Part shown: positions 61,390-64,000 of the stretch, one piece after another
Layout of the letters: every line of letters begins with the position of its first letter
Numbering within the stretch: position 1 is the stretch's first letter
Made by a program: the position numbers and the translations under genes
The notes under the pieces: generated by a model
The model's input: the letters and a program-made list of their open reading frames with translations, nothing else
Databases searched by the model: none
What the model was told of the DNA's origin: nothing
NCBI RefSeq assembly: GCF_006345805.1
Contig: NC_042998.1
Location: forward strand, 86,428,001-86,492,000
Length of the DNA: 64,000 bases
Source: Octopus sinensis
Lineage: Eukaryota
Direction: 5' to 3'

Positions 61390-62530
61390 TACAGTGTAGG
61401 TATAAATGCACTGGAGTCTTTAGTCATCTGCCAAGTCACAACAAGGACCTCAAACAGATAATACTTTCGTTAAGATGTGCACTGTTCCCAATAAGGCTGC
61501 TTTTTGCAAGATATCAATCTTGCATGGGATTTCCAGTTGCCCTAAGAAGTCTTGAAGTTTCATTTGGATTGAGCCCAATGCTCCGATCACCACTGGTATC
61601 ACTTTTACATTATCATCTTGCATTCCATACAGTCTTGCCATTTCCACTTTCAGTTCGGAGTACTTGGTGATTTTTTTCAACCTCTTTACTCATAACATTC
61701 ATGTCATTTGGTATGGCTACATCAGTTATCTGACCGACGGTGTTCAATTACACAATCATCATCATCATCGTTTAACGTCTGTTTTCCTTGCTAGCACAGG
61801 TTGGACGAGGCAGTCTGTCTGAAAATCATAGTCCCAGAGTATTGTTAATTTTCCATCCTTCTGCATAACTTTACTTAATACATGCTCATATTAGTTCTCT
61901 GTTACTTCACCCACACTTTATCATGGTGGCACTTGTATTCTTTTTGTGCAAGGCTCTCACATCCACTTACCAAGTGGGTCATGTTTTCCACACTCATTCC
62001 ACAGAGTTTGCATTTCTGGGTGTCAGAAGTTTTATAGATGTTATACTTCACTGAATTGGTAGCGGGAACCTGGTCTTGTGCAGCAATGATCAGGTTTTTG
62101 GTGGTGTGCTTCAAATCACCTTGCTCAAGCCATGCCCACAATGCTGTATTATCCTTAAGTCTTGTGTATTTCTTTCATACTGTCCATGTATTTCAAGAAC
62201 GTCGTATTTTCTCTTCTTGTCAACTCTTTGGTTAAACTCTTCCTTGCCCATCATTTCATCTACATTTACACCATATGTTTCGCGGCATATTGCAGCAGGT
62301 CTTCATCAGTATTTATCAAATACTCAGCAAGTGTTCTCTTTTCTCTCTTTATACCATGGTCTATACTAATTAGTCCTCTGCCACCTCTCTTTCTTTTCAT
62401 ATACAGTCTATTTATGCTTGCTTTATGGTGTAGAACCCCATGCAGTGTCATCATCTTTCTTGTCCTATCTGGTGTTGATATTTCCTCCTTAGTCCATTTG
62501 AGGATGGACGCACTATATCTGACCACCTGC
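61390..62530 (-). mobile_element. Second R4/Dong-like LINE 3' part, interrupted by a ~58-bp RTE tail at ~61755-61812
   Basis: RLYMKRKRGGRGLISI, LIIAAQDQV, CKLCGMSVENMTHLVSGC, KITKYSELKVEMARLY...PVVIGALG. Confidence 0.87.
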
Positions 62531-62859
62531 TAAGATTGACTTAACTTTCATCCTTTCAGGGTCGATAAATCAAATACCAGTTGAATACTGAGGTTGATGT
62601 AATCAGTTAACCCTCTCCCCCAAATTTCAGGCCTTATGTCCATAAAAGAAAGGATTATTACTATTATTATCATTATCATTGAGTGAGAGAGTAGTGCATG
62701 CCATCAAAGTGACACTGGGGTAAAGTATACAAAGCCCTGTATACCCATCATGACTACCTGTCTGATAAGGGTACACCAGGCACATGCATCACAACCATAT
62801 GTGTATGACATGGTGATCTCATATCAAGATTAACAGCACATGACCTTGCAGGTGGGGCC

Positions 62860-62896
<37 letters not shown>

Positions 62897-62901
<5 letters not shown>

Positions 62902-63250
62902 CTCCACCTTAATGAAGACAGAAGTATTGTTTTCAGTCATGTTTGTTTGTTTGTCCAAGGTTAGCAATTCTGAAGAACCACTGGATAGATTTGGATGAAA
63001 TTTTCAGGGAGGTTTGGCTTTGTGACTGGCACAAACTCATTGCATTTTGGAATCGATCTGCTTCTGGGCAAGAATTCTAGATTATTTTTCCTGTATTTTA
63101 CTTAATTTTTGAGAGTTCATTTTTTTGTATTGTTGTTTGTGAGAGTAGTCAAGTTTATTTCAGACATTTTCATTTTAAAAATCATCTCTGGCTAATCATT
63201 GAGAGGATAGTGCTGCCTTGGCAGAGGTTTACACTCTCTGAGTGCTCTTC
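62897..63250. mobile_element. Helentron-associated (HINE/DINE-1-like) non-autonomous element
   Basis: 5' atctccacc..gacagaagtattgttttc; 3' ggcagaggtttacactctctgagtgct (subterminal IR plus terminal hairpin); T-rich flanks; pattern recognised from memory. Confidence 0.6.
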
Positions 63251-63474
63251 TTCTTCGTCTTGTTGTTGCTGTTGTTGTTGTTGTTGCTACTGCTGCTGCT
63301 TGTGTTGTTGTTGTTATTATTTTCAAAATCTGCCAAGGTCATGTTTGCCTTTCATCCTTTTAAGGTTAGTAAAATAAGTACTGACTGAGTACTGAGGTTG
63401 ATGAAACCAACTTGACCCCTCCTCCTACTTTGCTGGCCTTGTGCCAAAATTTGAAACCATTAATAATAATAGTA

Positions 63475-63506
<32 letters not shown>

Positions 63507-63759
63507 GGCAGCAAGCTAGTAGAATCCATAGCAATCTGGATTAAATGCTTAGCGGTATTTCACCCATCGCTATGTCCTAAGTTCAAATTCCACTGCGGTC
63601 AACTTTGCCTTTCATCCTTCAGAGGTTGATAAAATAAGTACCAGTTGAACATGGGGGTGGGGTGGGGGTCGATGTAATTGACTCATCCCCACCTCCTTCA
63701 AGCTGCGTTCATGGCAAAAATTTGAAATAATAATTATTAATATTATTATTTATTGTTTT

Positions 63760-64000
63760 TGCACAGCTTCTAACACTGAAGATGTACTTCAGTGCCAGTT
63801 GTTCACTACCCTTTATTTTTTGAGCACTATCCGGAGTAGTCAAGTGGTTCCAAGCAGTGCTGTTTTCTGCAAGTGCTCTACCCTTTTTGCAGCCCCTATT
63901 TGTTTTATGTACTTCTCAAGATTTTTACTCACTGTTCCCAGGGCTCTGACAATTATTGCTACTACTACCTCCCAATTATTGCTACTACTACTGCTTAACC
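63760..64000 (-). mobile_element. R4/Dong-like LINE extreme 3' end
   Basis: LQKTALLGTT*LLRIVL on minus, followed by (AAT)n at ~63725-63750. Confidence 0.6.

Noticed and set aside
1-64000. TnpB/Fanzor, viral or other horizontally acquired non-TE genes
   Set aside because: No ORF with RuvC-like, capsid or prokaryotic features; all ORFs over 150 aa are explained by known TE classes, the cadherin, tandem repeats or antisense shadows of TE ORFs

Overview
AT-rich eukaryotic genomic DNA, most likely a coleoid cephalopod (octopus-like SINE/LINE repertoire; inferred, not searched). The window lies inside one large + strand cadherin gene. I could trace 11 internal exons by canonical AG/GT sites, and they join in phase without stops: 1891 nt, about 630 aa, roughly 5.5 extracellular cadherin (EC) repeats of CDH23/CDHR/Cad87A type. 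The gene starts before and ends after the window. Almost all other sequence is intronic transposon material: RTE, CR1-group, HERO-like and R4/Dong-like LINEs, Penelope-like elements, a gypsy LTR remnant, Tc1/mariner and hAT transposons, a MITE, HINE-like elements, several SINE families and microsatellites. Most ORFs in the supplied track are microsatellite or TE artefacts. The most interesting signals are: (1) exons 6+7 form a removable unit of exactly one EC repeat and are bracketed by inverted RTE copies; (2) RTE 3' UTRs carry variable-number arrays of double-hairpin units; (3) one recognisable and one speculative hammerhead ribozyme motif; (4) a LINE and a SINE family share a 3' tail; (5) near-perfect intronic inverted repeats. 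No prokaryote-type system (CRISPR, operon, TnpB/Fanzor ORF) was seen.
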